A stretch of 54,510 nt of DNA. It comes from Egicoccus sp. Its GTDB lineage: Bacteria > Actinomycetota > Nitriliruptoria > Nitriliruptorales > Nitriliruptoraceae. A program made the position numbers and the translations under genes. Below the pieces are notes generated by a model. It did not search any database. It was given only the letters and a program-made list of their open reading frames with translations, and had not been told where the DNA came from. The stretch's first letter is position 1. The number at the start of each line of letters is the position of its first letter. The stretch is taken from the NCBI GenBank assembly GCA_040904725.1, contig JBBDSX010000046.1:1-54510 (forward strand), given 5' to 3'. Positions 18,333 through 27,451 of this stretch are shown here, piece after piece.

Positions 18333-19255
18333 TCGTCGTCGTGGGCGAAGCACTGGTGGACCTCGCGCCGGTCCCCGGCGACGGCACCGGCGCGCTGCGA
18401 CCACTGCTCGGAGGCTCGCCGTACAACGTGGCGGTCGGGCTGGGCCGACTCGACGACGAGACGGCCTACCTCGGCACGCTCTCCCTCGACGCGTTCGGCG
18501 AACGGCTCTCGCACCGGCTGCGCGACGAAGGCGTGTCGGTGCACCTGGTCGCGAGGACCGACGCGCCGACCACGCTCGCGGTGGTCCACCTCGACGACAC
18601 CGGCCGCGCCAGCTACGGCTTCTACCTGACCGGCACCAGCGCCGCGGAGCTGACCCCCGAGCACCTCGACGGTTGGGAGTCCGCGGACGCCGCGCACGTG
18701 TCGCTGGGTGCCGTCACGCTCGACACCGAACCGGCCGGCGAGGTCCTGGCCGGCCTGATCGCCCAGGACCGCGGCGACACGCTGCTGAGCTTCGACCCCA
18801 ACGTCCGACCCGCCGTCATCGACGACCTGCGCCGCTACGGGACCCGCCTGGACCAGATGGTCCGCGACACCGACCTGGTCAAGGTCAGCGACGAGGACCT
18901 GCAGATCCTCTATCCCGGCCGGGCGCACGGCGACATCGCCAGGCGTTGGGCGGCGGCCGGCCCCGCGGCCGTCGTCGTCACCCGCGGCCCCGACGGTGCC
19001 GAGGTCCACCTCGCCGAGGGCGGGTCCGTCACGGTGCCGGGCGAGACCGTCGAGGTGGCCGACACGGTCGGTGCGGGCGACGCGTTCACGTCCGGCCTGC
19101 TGCACGCGCTGGCACAGGCCGATGCACTCTCACGCGAACGGGTTCGGACCCTGGACGAGACGGCGTGGCGCGACGCGCTGACCACGGCCGTACACGTCGC
19201 CGCGCTCACCTGCACCCGTCCCGGCGCCGATCCCCCGAGAACCGTCGAACTCTGA
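18329..19255 (+). CDS. PfkB family carbohydrate kinase (fructokinase-like)
   Basis: VGEALVD, GGSPYNVAVGLGRL, FDPNVRP, KVSDEDL, VTRG and DTVGAGDAF; GTGA overlap with the GH13 stop. Confidence 0.92.
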   Translation: MIVVVGEALVDLAPVPGDGTGALRPLLGGSPYNVAVGLGRLDDETAYLGTLSLDAFGERLSHRLRDEGVSVHLVARTDAPTTLAVVHLDDTGRASYGFYLTGTSAAELTPEHLDGWESADAAHVSLGAVTLDTEPAGEVLAGLIAQDRGDTLLSFDPNVRPAVIDDLRRYGTRLDQMVRDTDLVKVSDEDLQILYPGRAHGDIARRWAAAGPAAVVVTRGPDGAEVHLAEGGSVTVPGETVEVADTVGAGDAFTSGLLHALAQADALSRERVRTLDETAWRDALTTAVHVAALTCTRPGADPPRTVEL

Positions 19256-19256
19256 C

Positions 19257-20711
19257 TCAATCGGCTCGGATCGCAAAGAGGCGTTCGTCGTGGGGGTCGG
19301 TGTCGGCGTAGGACCAGTCGGACTGCTTGAGGTGGTAGCGGGGGTGCCAGGTCACCTCGCCGGTCTCCGCGTCGATCGCCTCGATCAGCGGGGTCGGCAG
19401 GTCGGCCGGGGTCGGTTCGCCGCGTTCGACCGTGGCGACGAACTCGTCGACGAAGGCCTGGATCGTGCTCGCCACGAGCAGTTGCGACCCGACCGGCAGG
19501 TAGCAGCGGTTGGCGTCGGTGACCGTGTGGCTGCGGCGCAGCAGGGTCTCGAGGTCGGCCTGGGTCGCCTCGCCGCGCTGCACCTTGGCCAGGATCTCGT
19601 CCATGGCGGTGTTGCCGAGCTTGCAGGCGTTGCACTGCCCACACGACTCGATGGCGAGGAAGTGGATCAGCACGGCCAGGACGTCGACGATGCTGCGTGA
19701 GTTGTCGTAGACGATGAACCCGCCCGAGCCCATCCCGGCGCCGACGTCGCTCATCTCGTCGAAGCCCAGGGCGACGTCGAGGCGATCGGGGGTGAGGACC
19801 ATGTTGGACGTGCCCGAGTAGACGGCCTTGATGTCGCGGGCACCGGCGATGTCGACCAGCAGCGTGCGCAACGACGTACCGAGCGCCAACTCGTAGACGC
19901 CGGGGTTGTCGACGTCGCCGACCACCGTGAAGACCATGGTCCCGGGCGAGGATTCGGTGCCGGCCTGGCGGAACCAGTCGGCCCCGTTGGCCATGATCGA
20001 GGCGACGTGGGTCAGCGTCTCGACGTTGTTGACGATCGTGGGGTTCGGGACGGCGGTGGTCGCGTTGAGGCCCTGTTCGTAGGGCCGGATGATGCGTGGC
20101 ATCGGCAGCTTGCCCTCGATGACCTCGAGCATCCCGGTCTCCTCGCCGAACAGGTAGGCGTCCGGGCCGAGGACGACCTCGATGCGGTCGGCGCCGCGCC
20201 AACCGGCTTCGCGGACCTCGGCCAGGGCGGCCTGCAGCCGCTGCACCGGGTGCGTGAACTTCTCCTTGATCCCGATGTAGGCGGTCTCGGCGCCCGTGGC
20301 GTACAGGGCGATGCAGATGCCCTCGAGAAACGCGTAGGGCTGCTGTTCGATCAGGACACGGTCCTTGTAGGTGCCCGGCTCGCCCTCGGCGGCATTGGCC
20401 ACCAGGCTCAGGCGGCCGCCGGCGCCGGCGGCGTTTTCGAGCACACCGCGCCACTTCCGCGCCGTGGGGAAGCCGGCCCCGCCGCGGCCGCGCAGGCCCG
20501 CGTGGTCGACCTCGGCGATGACCTCGTCGGGCGCGATGTCCACCGCGTGCGCCAGGCCGCGCCCGCCGCCGGCCGCGAGGTGGGCATCGAGGCTGGTGAC
20601 CGGCGCGGGAGGCAGCAGGCGGTCGGCATCGTCACGCACGGTGGGTCTTCCGCTCGGCGGTGGGTGAAGGTCGAGGGTGGCCCGCGCGAGGGGCGCAGGC
20701 AACCTCGGCAT
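19257..20711 (-). CDS. Stand-alone NuoF-like (complex I 51 kDa) FMN/[4Fe-4S] oxidoreductase; start uncertain (20723, 20711 or 20639)
   Basis: GLRGRGGAGFPT, NAAEGEPGTYKD, YLFGEET, NNVETL, SLBB region and C-x2-C-x2-C-x39-C cluster motif. Confidence 0.85.
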   Translation of the reverse strand: MPRLPAPLARATLDLHPPPSGRPTVRDDADRLLPPAPVTSLDAHLAAGGGRGLAHAVDIAPDEVIAEVDHAGLRGRGGAGFPTARKWRGVLENAAGAGGRLSLVANAAEGEPGTYKDRVLIEQQPYAFLEGICIALYATGAETAYIGIKEKFTHPVQRLQAALAEVREAGWRGADRIEVVLGPDAYLFGEETGMLEVIEGKLPMPRIIRPYEQGLNATTAVPNPTIVNNVETLTHVASIMANGADWFRQAGTESSPGTMVFTVVGDVDNPGVYELALGTSLRTLLVDIAGARDIKAVYSGTSNMVLTPDRLDVALGFDEMSDVGAGMGSGGFIVYDNSRSIVDVLAVLIHFLAIESCGQCNACKLGNTAMDEILAKVQRGEATQADLETLLRRSHTVTDANRCYLPVGSQLLVASTIQAFVDEFVATVERGEPTPADLPTPLIEAIDAETGEVTWHPRYHLKQSDWSYADTDPHDERLFAIRAD

Positions 20712-20817
20712 GGGGTCGTTCATCCATGCCTGTCGTGGCCGGTCGACGGCGATCCGAACGTTTCGGTCGTCGGTACCGTCTGCGTCCGTCGATCGCCGAA
20801 CACACCACGGGGGCCCG

Positions 20818-22443
20818 ATGCGCCGGTTGCCGAGCACTGCCGCACGTCGTTTCACTGCGACGGCGTTCACCGTGGCCGCCGCGCTGCTGATCACCGCGTG
20901 TGACGCCGGCGAACCCGACCTCGAGTTCACCGGTCCCGACGACGACGTCGTGCTCGCGGCCGAGGACGTCGAGGAGGTCGCCTGGGAGGTTCGCAGTCCC
21001 GAGGCGGTGCCGGAGACGATCGGCTTCGCGCTCGACGGCGAGCCGACCGAGGCGGCTGCCTCCGACGGCAGCATGCGGTGGACCCCCGATGGGCTCGAGG
21101 ACGGCGAGTACGTCTTGAGCGTGCAGCGCGACGATCCCGAGGACGACACCGAACCCGAGACGCTGCAGGAGTGGAACTTCGCGCTGGACACCACCGCACC
21201 GGAGATCGACCTGACCTCGCCCGACAGCGCCGTGGTCGCCGGGGAGCCGGTCGTGGTGGCCGGTACCACCGAGGCCGGTGCCGCGGTGACCGTCGCGGAC
21301 CAGGAGACGACCGCGGACGACAGCGGCGCCTTCGAGGTGGAACTCGCTTCGCCGCCCGAGGGTGAGATCGGGATCGTGGCCACCGACGCGGCCGGCAACG
21401 CCAGCGACGACGCGTTCACGTTGGTGACGGTGCCGTCACGGGTGGAGGTCGAACAGATCCGCGGTGTGCACGTCACCGCGTACGCGTGGGCCACGCCGAG
21501 CTACCGCGAGCGCATCCTCACCATGATCGACGACGGGATCATCAACACGGTGGCGCTCACGCTCAAGGACGAGGGCGGCATGGTCGGCTGGGACAGCGAG
21601 GTCGAACTCGCCCAGGCGTCCGGGGCCGCGACCGGCATCTACGACCTGCCCGCGGTCGTCGAGGAACTGCACGCCCACGGCGCGCACGTCACCGGGCGCA
21701 TCGTGGCGTTCCGTGACGGGATGCTCGGTGACCTCGCGCTCGAGCGTGACGAGATGGACTGGCTCATCCAGACACCCGACGGCGAGCCGTTCACCGGCAA
21801 GTACGGCTGCTGCTTCACCAGCTTCGCCAGCCCCGACGTCATCGAGTACAACCTCGCGCTCGCCGAGGAGGCCGCCGCGGCCGGCGTCGACGACATCCTG
21901 TGGGATTACATCCGCCGCCCCGACGGTCCGGTCGAGAACATGGTGGTACCGGGCGTGTCGGCCGAGGCGGACGGCGCCACGCTGGAGGCCGCCGTGGCCG
22001 ACTTCGCCCGTCAGGCCGACGAGCGGCTCGCGAAGTACGGCGTCGGGCATGCCGCCTCGCTGTACGGGATCGCCGCGGACCGCCCCACCCAGATCGCCCA
22101 GGACGTCCCGGCGCTGGCGCAGCACCTCGACTACGTCTCTCCGATGATCTACCCGTCGCACTGGGGGCCGGGCGAATACGGCGTCGCCGACCCCAACCGC
22201 CAGCCCTACGACATCATCACGGCCACCCTCGAGGTCTGGCAGGAGACGATCGAAGGCACACGGGCACGGATCGTGCCCTGGCTCGAGGACACGAAGTACC
22301 GCGAGTGGGACCGCCCCCACCAGGTCCGCGAGCAGATCCGCGCTGCGCGGGACCGGGGCGTCGAGGAGTTCCTGATGTGGGACCCCAACGTGCAGTACAC
22401 CCTCGAGGCCTACGACACGATCCCGGAGGGGCGCGAGGAGTGA
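20818..22443 (+). CDS. Lipoprotein with Ig-like repeats and putative glycoside hydrolase domain (DUF4015-like)
   Basis: Lipobox LITA-C; Ig-like segments (LDTTAPEI...VAGTTEAGA...ATDAAGN); then KDEGG, RIVAFRD, DYIRRP, SPMIYPSHW and PWLE motifs typical of DUF4015 proteins. Confidence 0.75.
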   Translation: MRRLPSTAARRFTATAFTVAAALLITACDAGEPDLEFTGPDDDVVLAAEDVEEVAWEVRSPEAVPETIGFALDGEPTEAAASDGSMRWTPDGLEDGEYVLSVQRDDPEDDTEPETLQEWNFALDTTAPEIDLTSPDSAVVAGEPVVVAGTTEAGAAVTVADQETTADDSGAFEVELASPPEGEIGIVATDAAGNASDDAFTLVTVPSRVEVEQIRGVHVTAYAWATPSYRERILTMIDDGIINTVALTLKDEGGMVGWDSEVELAQASGAATGIYDLPAVVEELHAHGAHVTGRIVAFRDGMLGDLALERDEMDWLIQTPDGEPFTGKYGCCFTSFASPDVIEYNLALAEEAAAAGVDDILWDYIRRPDGPVENMVVPGVSAEADGATLEAAVADFARQADERLAKYGVGHAASLYGIAADRPTQIAQDVPALAQHLDYVSPMIYPSHWGPGEYGVADPNRQPYDIITATLEVWQETIEGTRARIVPWLEDTKYREWDRPHQVREQIRAARDRGVEEFLMWDPNVQYTLEAYDTIPEGREE

Positions 22444-22458
22444 CCAGCGCCTCCCCCG

Positions 22459-22483
22459 GGCCAGGGAAGCGGTTCCTTTGGCC
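22459..22483 (+). terminator. Stem-loop downstream of the lipoprotein gene
   Basis: GGCCAGGGAA-GCGG-TTCCTTTGGCC, about 15 nt after the stop; no U-tract. Confidence 0.35.
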
Positions 22484-22529
22484 TGTAGCGTTGGTCCGGC
22501 CGCATTCACCCCGACAGCGAGGTCGCACG

Positions 22530-23108
22530 GTGCCCTACTCCGCCCAGCTCGGTGCCCACGAGGTCACCTTCGAGGACATCGGTGGCGAGGGTCCACCAAT
22601 CCTGCTCACGCCCGGGGCGGCCCCGAGCGCAGCCGACCTGCGGGCACGGTTCACCCACTTCAGCCGGGTGTACCGGCTCATCGCCTGGGATCCACCCGAG
22701 GGTGAGGGCGAGGACCGGGCCAACGATCTCGCCGCGCTCGCGCTCGACCTGTTGCACCACCAGGGCATCGAGCGGGCGATCTTCGCCGGTGACGGCGTGG
22801 GGGCGCTCGTGGCGCTGCGCGCCGGCCTCGAGGCACCCGACCGCGTCCGTGGCCTGATCCTGCTCGACGTGCCCGCGGGCGGTTCGCCGGAGTACGGGCG
22901 CATCGACGAACTCGACATCCCCACCGTGATCGTGCAGACCGAGGCCGGCGGCGCCCGCTCGCACGACGCGACCCGCACGCTCGGCGAGGCGATCCGCGAC
23001 AACCGGGGGGTCCACCTGCTCGAAGGCCCCACGCCCGCGGTCGCGCCGACCCGCGAGGCCGACGTCGACCCGTTCATCCGCGACTACCTCGAGTCCCTCC
23101 CCGCCTGA
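22530..23108 (+). CDS. Short alpha/beta-hydrolase-fold protein lacking the catalytic serine
   Basis: FED.GGEGPPILL.PG, YRLIAWD.P, elbow AGDGVGALVAL, PDRVRGLILLD and IPTVIV follow the alpha/beta-hydrolase layout. Confidence 0.7.
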   Translation: MPYSAQLGAHEVTFEDIGGEGPPILLTPGAAPSAADLRARFTHFSRVYRLIAWDPPEGEGEDRANDLAALALDLLHHQGIERAIFAGDGVGALVALRAGLEAPDRVRGLILLDVPAGGSPEYGRIDELDIPTVIVQTEAGGARSHDATRTLGEAIRDNRGVHLLEGPTPAVAPTREADVDPFIRDYLESLPA

Positions 23109-23134
23109 CCCGACCCCGCGCACCGCCCAGAACG

Positions 23135-23390
23135 CAAGGGTGAGAAGCGCGGCGACGCGGGCGACCAGGGCGTCCTCGTCGCCGAGGTCGGTAGCGCCGA
23201 ACGACTCGACGCGGATGCCGGCCTCGGCGAGTTCGCGCTCGCGTTCGGCGTCGGCGCGGCGGGATGTCTTGGTGTGGTCGATTGATCCCTTGTACTCAAT
23301 GGCGAGCTTGAGTGCCCGGAAGTACCAGTCGACGCGACGGGTCTGCGTGACCCAGATCTGCGGCTCGGCCGCGGGACGGAACTTCGCCGA
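23135..23390 (-). pseudogene. Remnant of a DUF559/Vsr-like endonuclease domain gene
   Basis: Frame reads EPQIWVTQTRRVDWYFRALKLAIEYKGSIDH...RRADAERERELAEAGIRVESF...DL, matching the DUF559 layout. No nearby in-frame start or stop; locally AT-richer. Confidence 0.6.
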
Positions 23391-23508
23391 GCGCCGCGGT
23401 TCACCGCATGGTGTGGAAAACGTCAGCCGGGTCGACCCGGACGCCCCGGCAATTCCTGCCTCGCCCGCGCGGCAACATCGCGGCAACCGGCGAATGGGGA
23501 GGGTGGGG

Positions 23509-26500
23509 TCAGGCGTCGACGGGGTCGAGGGTGTCGCCCATGAGCTGTTCGAGCTCCTGGTCGTGGACCACGTGCTGACCGGCGGCCGGCGATGCCGACG
23601 GCACACGAGCAGCGCACCGCAGCTTGCGGCCGTCGTCGAGGTCGTCGAGGATGTTCCACAACCGGCCGTCGACGAAGCTCCAGCCACCCATGTTCTTGGG
23701 CTCTTCCTGGAGCCAGACCACGTCCTTGGCGTTGGGGTAGGACTCGAGGATCTCGCGGATCTGCTGCGCCGGGAACGGGTACAGCTGCTCGACCCTGACG
23801 ATCGCGGTCGGCGACTCGCGCTCGTCGCGGGCCTTCATCGCGTCGTAGGCCACCTTGCCGAAGCCGAACACCACGGCCTTCGCCTCGGACCTGTCGCGCC
23901 CTTCTCCCTCGCGCCCCGCGCCCGAGGCGACCCACGCCGGGTCGTCGAGGGTCTCGCGGAACGAACCGGAGGTGAACTCGGACAGGTCCGAGAAGGCGTT
24001 CGGCGACCGCAGCAACGACTTCGGTGTGAAGATGATCAGCGGCTTGCGGACGTCGCGGTGCATCTGGCGCCGCAGCACATGGAAGTACTGCGCCGACGTC
24101 GTGGCGTTGACGACCTGGATGTTGTCCTCGGCGCACAGGATCAGGAAGCGCTCGATGCGCGCCGAGCTGTGCTCGGGGCCCTGGCCCTCGAAGCCGTGCG
24201 GCAGCAACATGACCAGGCCGGAGGTCTCGTCCCACTTGTCCTCGGCGGCCACGATGAACTGGTCGATGATGATCTGGGCGCCGTTGACGAAGTCGCCGAA
24301 CTGCGCCTCCCACGCGACCAGCGTGTCCTTGTTCTGCACCGAGTAGCCGTACTCGAAACCGACGGCGGCGTACTCGCTCAGCAGCGAGTCGTAGGCCATG
24401 AAGCGGCCCTGCTCGTCGTCGAGCGTGGTCAGCGGCAGGTGCTCCTCGCCGGACTTGAAGTCGACCTGCACGGCGTGGCGGTGCGAGAAGGTCCCACGCC
24501 GCGAGTCCTGCCCGGCGAGGCGGACGTCGGTGCCCTCGAGCAGCAACGACCCGAAGGCGAGCGTCTCGCCCAGCGCCCAGTCGATCGTGCCCGACTCGTA
24601 GCGTTCGCGCGCCTTCTTGAAGATCCGGTCGAGCTTGGGGTGGCGGGTGAAGCCTTCGGGGACGTCGAACTGCTTGGCCGCGATCAGGTCGAGCGCGTCC
24701 TCGGCCACGCCGGTCTCGACCGGCGGATGCAGATCGGTGGTCTCGACCGGCCGGATCGCCTTGGGCGGTTCCGGTGGCGCGGCCTCCTTGGTGGCGGTGA
24801 ACGCGTCCTCGAGGCGGGCCTCGAAGTCCTGCAGGAACTCTTCCGCCTGCTCGATCGAGATGTCGCCACGGCGGACCAGGCGCTCGGTGTAGAGCTTGCG
24901 CACCGACCGCAGGTTGTCGATGACGTCGTACATCTGCGGCTGCGTGAACGAGGGGTCGTCGCCCTCGTTGTGCCCGTGGCGGCGGTAGCACACCATGTCG
25001 ATGACGATGTCGCGGGCGAACTTCTGGCGGTACTCGAACGCCAGCCGTGCGACACGCACGACGGCCTCGGGATCGTCGCCGTTGACGTGCAGCATCGGTG
25101 CGTGCACGGATTTGGCGACGTCGGTGGCGTAGTACGACGAGCGCGCCGCGTGCGGCGAGGTGGTGAACCCGACCTGGTTGTTGATCACGACGTGGATCGT
25201 GCCGCCGGTGCGGTAGCCCCGCAGCTGCGACAGGTTGAGGGTCTCGGTGACCACGCCCTGGCCGGCGAACGCGGCGTCACCGTGCATCAACAGCGGCAGC
25301 GACGGGAACACGCCCTCGTTGCCGCGGTCGTAGCCGTCCTGCAGCGCGCGGGCGATGCCCTCGACGACCGGGTTGACCGCTTCGAGGTGCGACGGGTTGG
25401 GCGGCAGGTGCAGGTCGACGGTCTTGCCCGAGCGGGCGTGGTAGACGCCCTTCGTGCCGAGGTGGTACTTGACGTCGCCCGAGCCCTGGACGGTGTCGGG
25501 ATCGATGTGCCCCTCGAACTCACCGAAGATCTGCTGGTAGGACTTGCCGAGGATGTTCGACAGCACATTGAGGCGACCGCGGTGGGCCATGCCCATGACG
25601 ATGTCGTCGACGTCGCCCGCGTCGGCGGCTGCCTCGCAGACCGTGTCGAGCAGCGGGATCAGGCTCTCGGCACCCTCGATGCCGAAGCGCTTCTGCCCGA
25701 CGTACTTGGTGTGCAAAAACGACTCGAACGCCTCGGCGGCGTTGAGGCGCTCGAGGATCCACAGCTGGTCCTCCGGCGTGACCTCACCGTTGGCGCCCTC
25801 GACCTTGTCGCGGATCCACTGCTTCTGCTCGGGATCGAGCACATGGCCGTACTCGATGCCGATGGTGCGGCAGTAGGCGTCGCGCAGCACGCCGAGGATC
25901 CTCTGCAGTTCCATCTTGCGCGGCTCGCCACCGATGTCGGTGATGAACTCGCGGTCGAGATCCCAGATCGACAACCCGTAGTAGGTCGGGTCGAGCTCGG
26001 GGTGCATCGCCTTGGTGTGCAACCGCAGCGGGTCGAGGTCGGCGATCAGGTGACCGCGCACGCGGTACATGTTGGCGAGCTGGTCGACCTTGCTCTGCTT
26101 GGCGAGCAGATCGAACTCGTCGTCGAAGTTGGCGACGTCCCGGCGCCAGCGGGCCGGTTCGTAGGGCAGGCCGAGCGAGTTGTAGACCTCGTCGTAGAAG
26201 CCGTGCTCGCCGATCAGCAACTCGTGCACGCGCTTGAGGAACAGACCGGACTCGGCGCCCTGGATCACACGGTGGTCGTAGGTCGAGGTGAGCGTGATGA
26301 CCTTGGACACGCCGAGCTTGGCGATCGTGCGCGGGTCGGCGGCCTGGTAGCCGGCCGGGTAGTCGATCGAGCCGACGCCGAAGATCGCGGCCTGACCCGA
26401 CATCAACCGCGGGATCGAGTGGACCGTGCCGATCGTGCCCGGGTTGGTGACCGTGAGCGTGCCACCGCTGAACATCGCCGGGTCGAGCTTGCCCGTGCGG

Positions 26501-27186
26501 ATCTTGCGGATGATCTCCTCGTAGGCCCGCAGGAACTCGTCGAAGGCGAGGGTGTCGGCGTCCTTGATCACCGGGACGAGCAGGGTGCGCGAGCCGTCCT
26601 TGTTCTCGAGGTCGACCGCCAGGCCCATCCCGAAGTGGTCGGCGCGGCGCACGACCGGCTTGCCGTCCTCGGTCTCGCCGTAGGTCGACGTCATCGCCGG
26701 GACGGCCTCGACCGCCTTGACCATCGCGTAGGCGATCAGGTGGGTGAACGAGACCTTGCCGCCGTTGGTCCGGCGCAGGTAGTTGTTGGCGATGCGTCGG
26801 TTGACCTCGAGCAGCTTGGCGGGCACGTCGCGCACGGAGGTCGCGACGGGGACCCCGAGCGAGGTCTCCATGTTCTCGACGATCCGGGCCCCGACGCCGC
26901 GGATGCGCGAGGCCGCCGGGTCGTCCTCGTCGATCGTGGGCGCGGCGCGCTTGGCGGACGCGGCGCTGGCGCCGTTGCCCGACGGCGCCGCCTCGGCACC
27001 ACTGCCGCTGCCACGCCCGGCAGCACGACCGTTCGCGCCGCGGGCCCCGTCCGGGCGGTAGTCGGCGAAGAAGTCGCGCCAGCTCTTCGACAGCGCGTCG
27101 GGGTCTTCGCGGTACTGCTCGTACATCTCCTCGACCAGCCAGGAGTTGAGTTCCGACTGGTTGGAGGCGTTGGGTTGGTTGGCCAT
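23509..27186 (-). CDS. kgd: Multifunctional 2-oxoglutarate decarboxylase/dehydrogenase (actinobacterial E2-E1 fusion, Kgd/OdhA)
   Basis: NSWLVEEMYEQY, E2-like YDHRVIQGAESG, KYVGQKRF, GMAHRGRLN, TPP motif HGDAAFAGQG, WEAQFGDF and PEHSSARIERFL. Confidence 0.95.
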   Translation of the reverse strand: MANQPNASNQSELNSWLVEEMYEQYREDPDALSKSWRDFFADYRPDGARGANGRAAGRGSGSGAEAAPSGNGASAASAKRAAPTIDEDDPAASRIRGVGARIVENMETSLGVPVATSVRDVPAKLLEVNRRIANNYLRRTNGGKVSFTHLIAYAMVKAVEAVPAMTSTYGETEDGKPVVRRADHFGMGLAVDLENKDGSRTLLVPVIKDADTLAFDEFLRAYEEIIRKIRTGKLDPAMFSGGTLTVTNPGTIGTVHSIPRLMSGQAAIFGVGSIDYPAGYQAADPRTIAKLGVSKVITLTSTYDHRVIQGAESGLFLKRVHELLIGEHGFYDEVYNSLGLPYEPARWRRDVANFDDEFDLLAKQSKVDQLANMYRVRGHLIADLDPLRLHTKAMHPELDPTYYGLSIWDLDREFITDIGGEPRKMELQRILGVLRDAYCRTIGIEYGHVLDPEQKQWIRDKVEGANGEVTPEDQLWILERLNAAEAFESFLHTKYVGQKRFGIEGAESLIPLLDTVCEAAADAGDVDDIVMGMAHRGRLNVLSNILGKSYQQIFGEFEGHIDPDTVQGSGDVKYHLGTKGVYHARSGKTVDLHLPPNPSHLEAVNPVVEGIARALQDGYDRGNEGVFPSLPLLMHGDAAFAGQGVVTETLNLSQLRGYRTGGTIHVVINNQVGFTTSPHAARSSYYATDVAKSVHAPMLHVNGDDPEAVVRVARLAFEYRQKFARDIVIDMVCYRRHGHNEGDDPSFTQPQMYDVIDNLRSVRKLYTERLVRRGDISIEQAEEFLQDFEARLEDAFTATKEAAPPEPPKAIRPVETTDLHPPVETGVAEDALDLIAAKQFDVPEGFTRHPKLDRIFKKARERYESGTIDWALGETLAFGSLLLEGTDVRLAGQDSRRGTFSHRHAVQVDFKSGEEHLPLTTLDDEQGRFMAYDSLLSEYAAVGFEYGYSVQNKDTLVAWEAQFGDFVNGAQIIIDQFIVAAEDKWDETSGLVMLLPHGFEGQGPEHSSARIERFLILCAEDNIQVVNATTSAQYFHVLRRQMHRDVRKPLIIFTPKSLLRSPNAFSDLSEFTSGSFRETLDDPAWVASGAGREGEGRDRSEAKAVVFGFGKVAYDAMKARDERESPTAIVRVEQLYPFPAQQIREILESYPNAKDVVWLQEEPKNMGGWSFVDGRLWNILDDLDDGRKLRCAARVPSASPAAGQHVVHDQELEQLMGDTLDPVDA

Positions 27187-27308
27187 GTCGGCGATCGTGC
27201 TCCAGGGTGACGTACACACCAGGGTAGGGCGGCGTGGGGTGCCCATCCCACTGCGCCACGGCCGCCCGGCGGACGGCGCGGTGGCCGAGCCGGTCGGGCA
27301 GATCGGCA

Positions 27309-27324
27309 GGCCGAACGTTCGGCC
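27309..27324. promoter_or_regulatory. Perfect 16-bp palindrome in the divergent kgd/PBP intergenic region (candidate operator)
   Basis: GGCCGAACGTTCGGCC is its own reverse complement. Confidence 0.4.
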
Positions 27325-27451
27325 GAGGAGCACCCATCCCGAGTGGACCGTCCCCTGCCATGGCCGTCAACCGGTCACCCGCCCACCCCGACCGTCCGTC
27401 CCGGCCGGCGGGTACGGTCCACGGGGGCGAGCCACGAACGGAAGGTGGGCG

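Noticed and set aside
10543-21494. Long N-terminal extensions in the ORF track (e.g. 911-aa GTPase, 745-aa NuoF-like) as fusion proteins
   Set aside because: The extensions are low-complexity read-through over neighbouring genes. RBS or overlap evidence supports the shorter GTPase start, and the NuoF extension overlaps the divergent lipoprotein gene.
23509-27186. E2-E1 fusion and HxxxQG motif of kgd as a novelty
   Set aside because: This is the well-described actinobacterial Kgd/OdhA architecture.
23140-27210. 1356-aa plus-strand ORF
   Set aside because: Antisense mirror of kgd; no domain signal.
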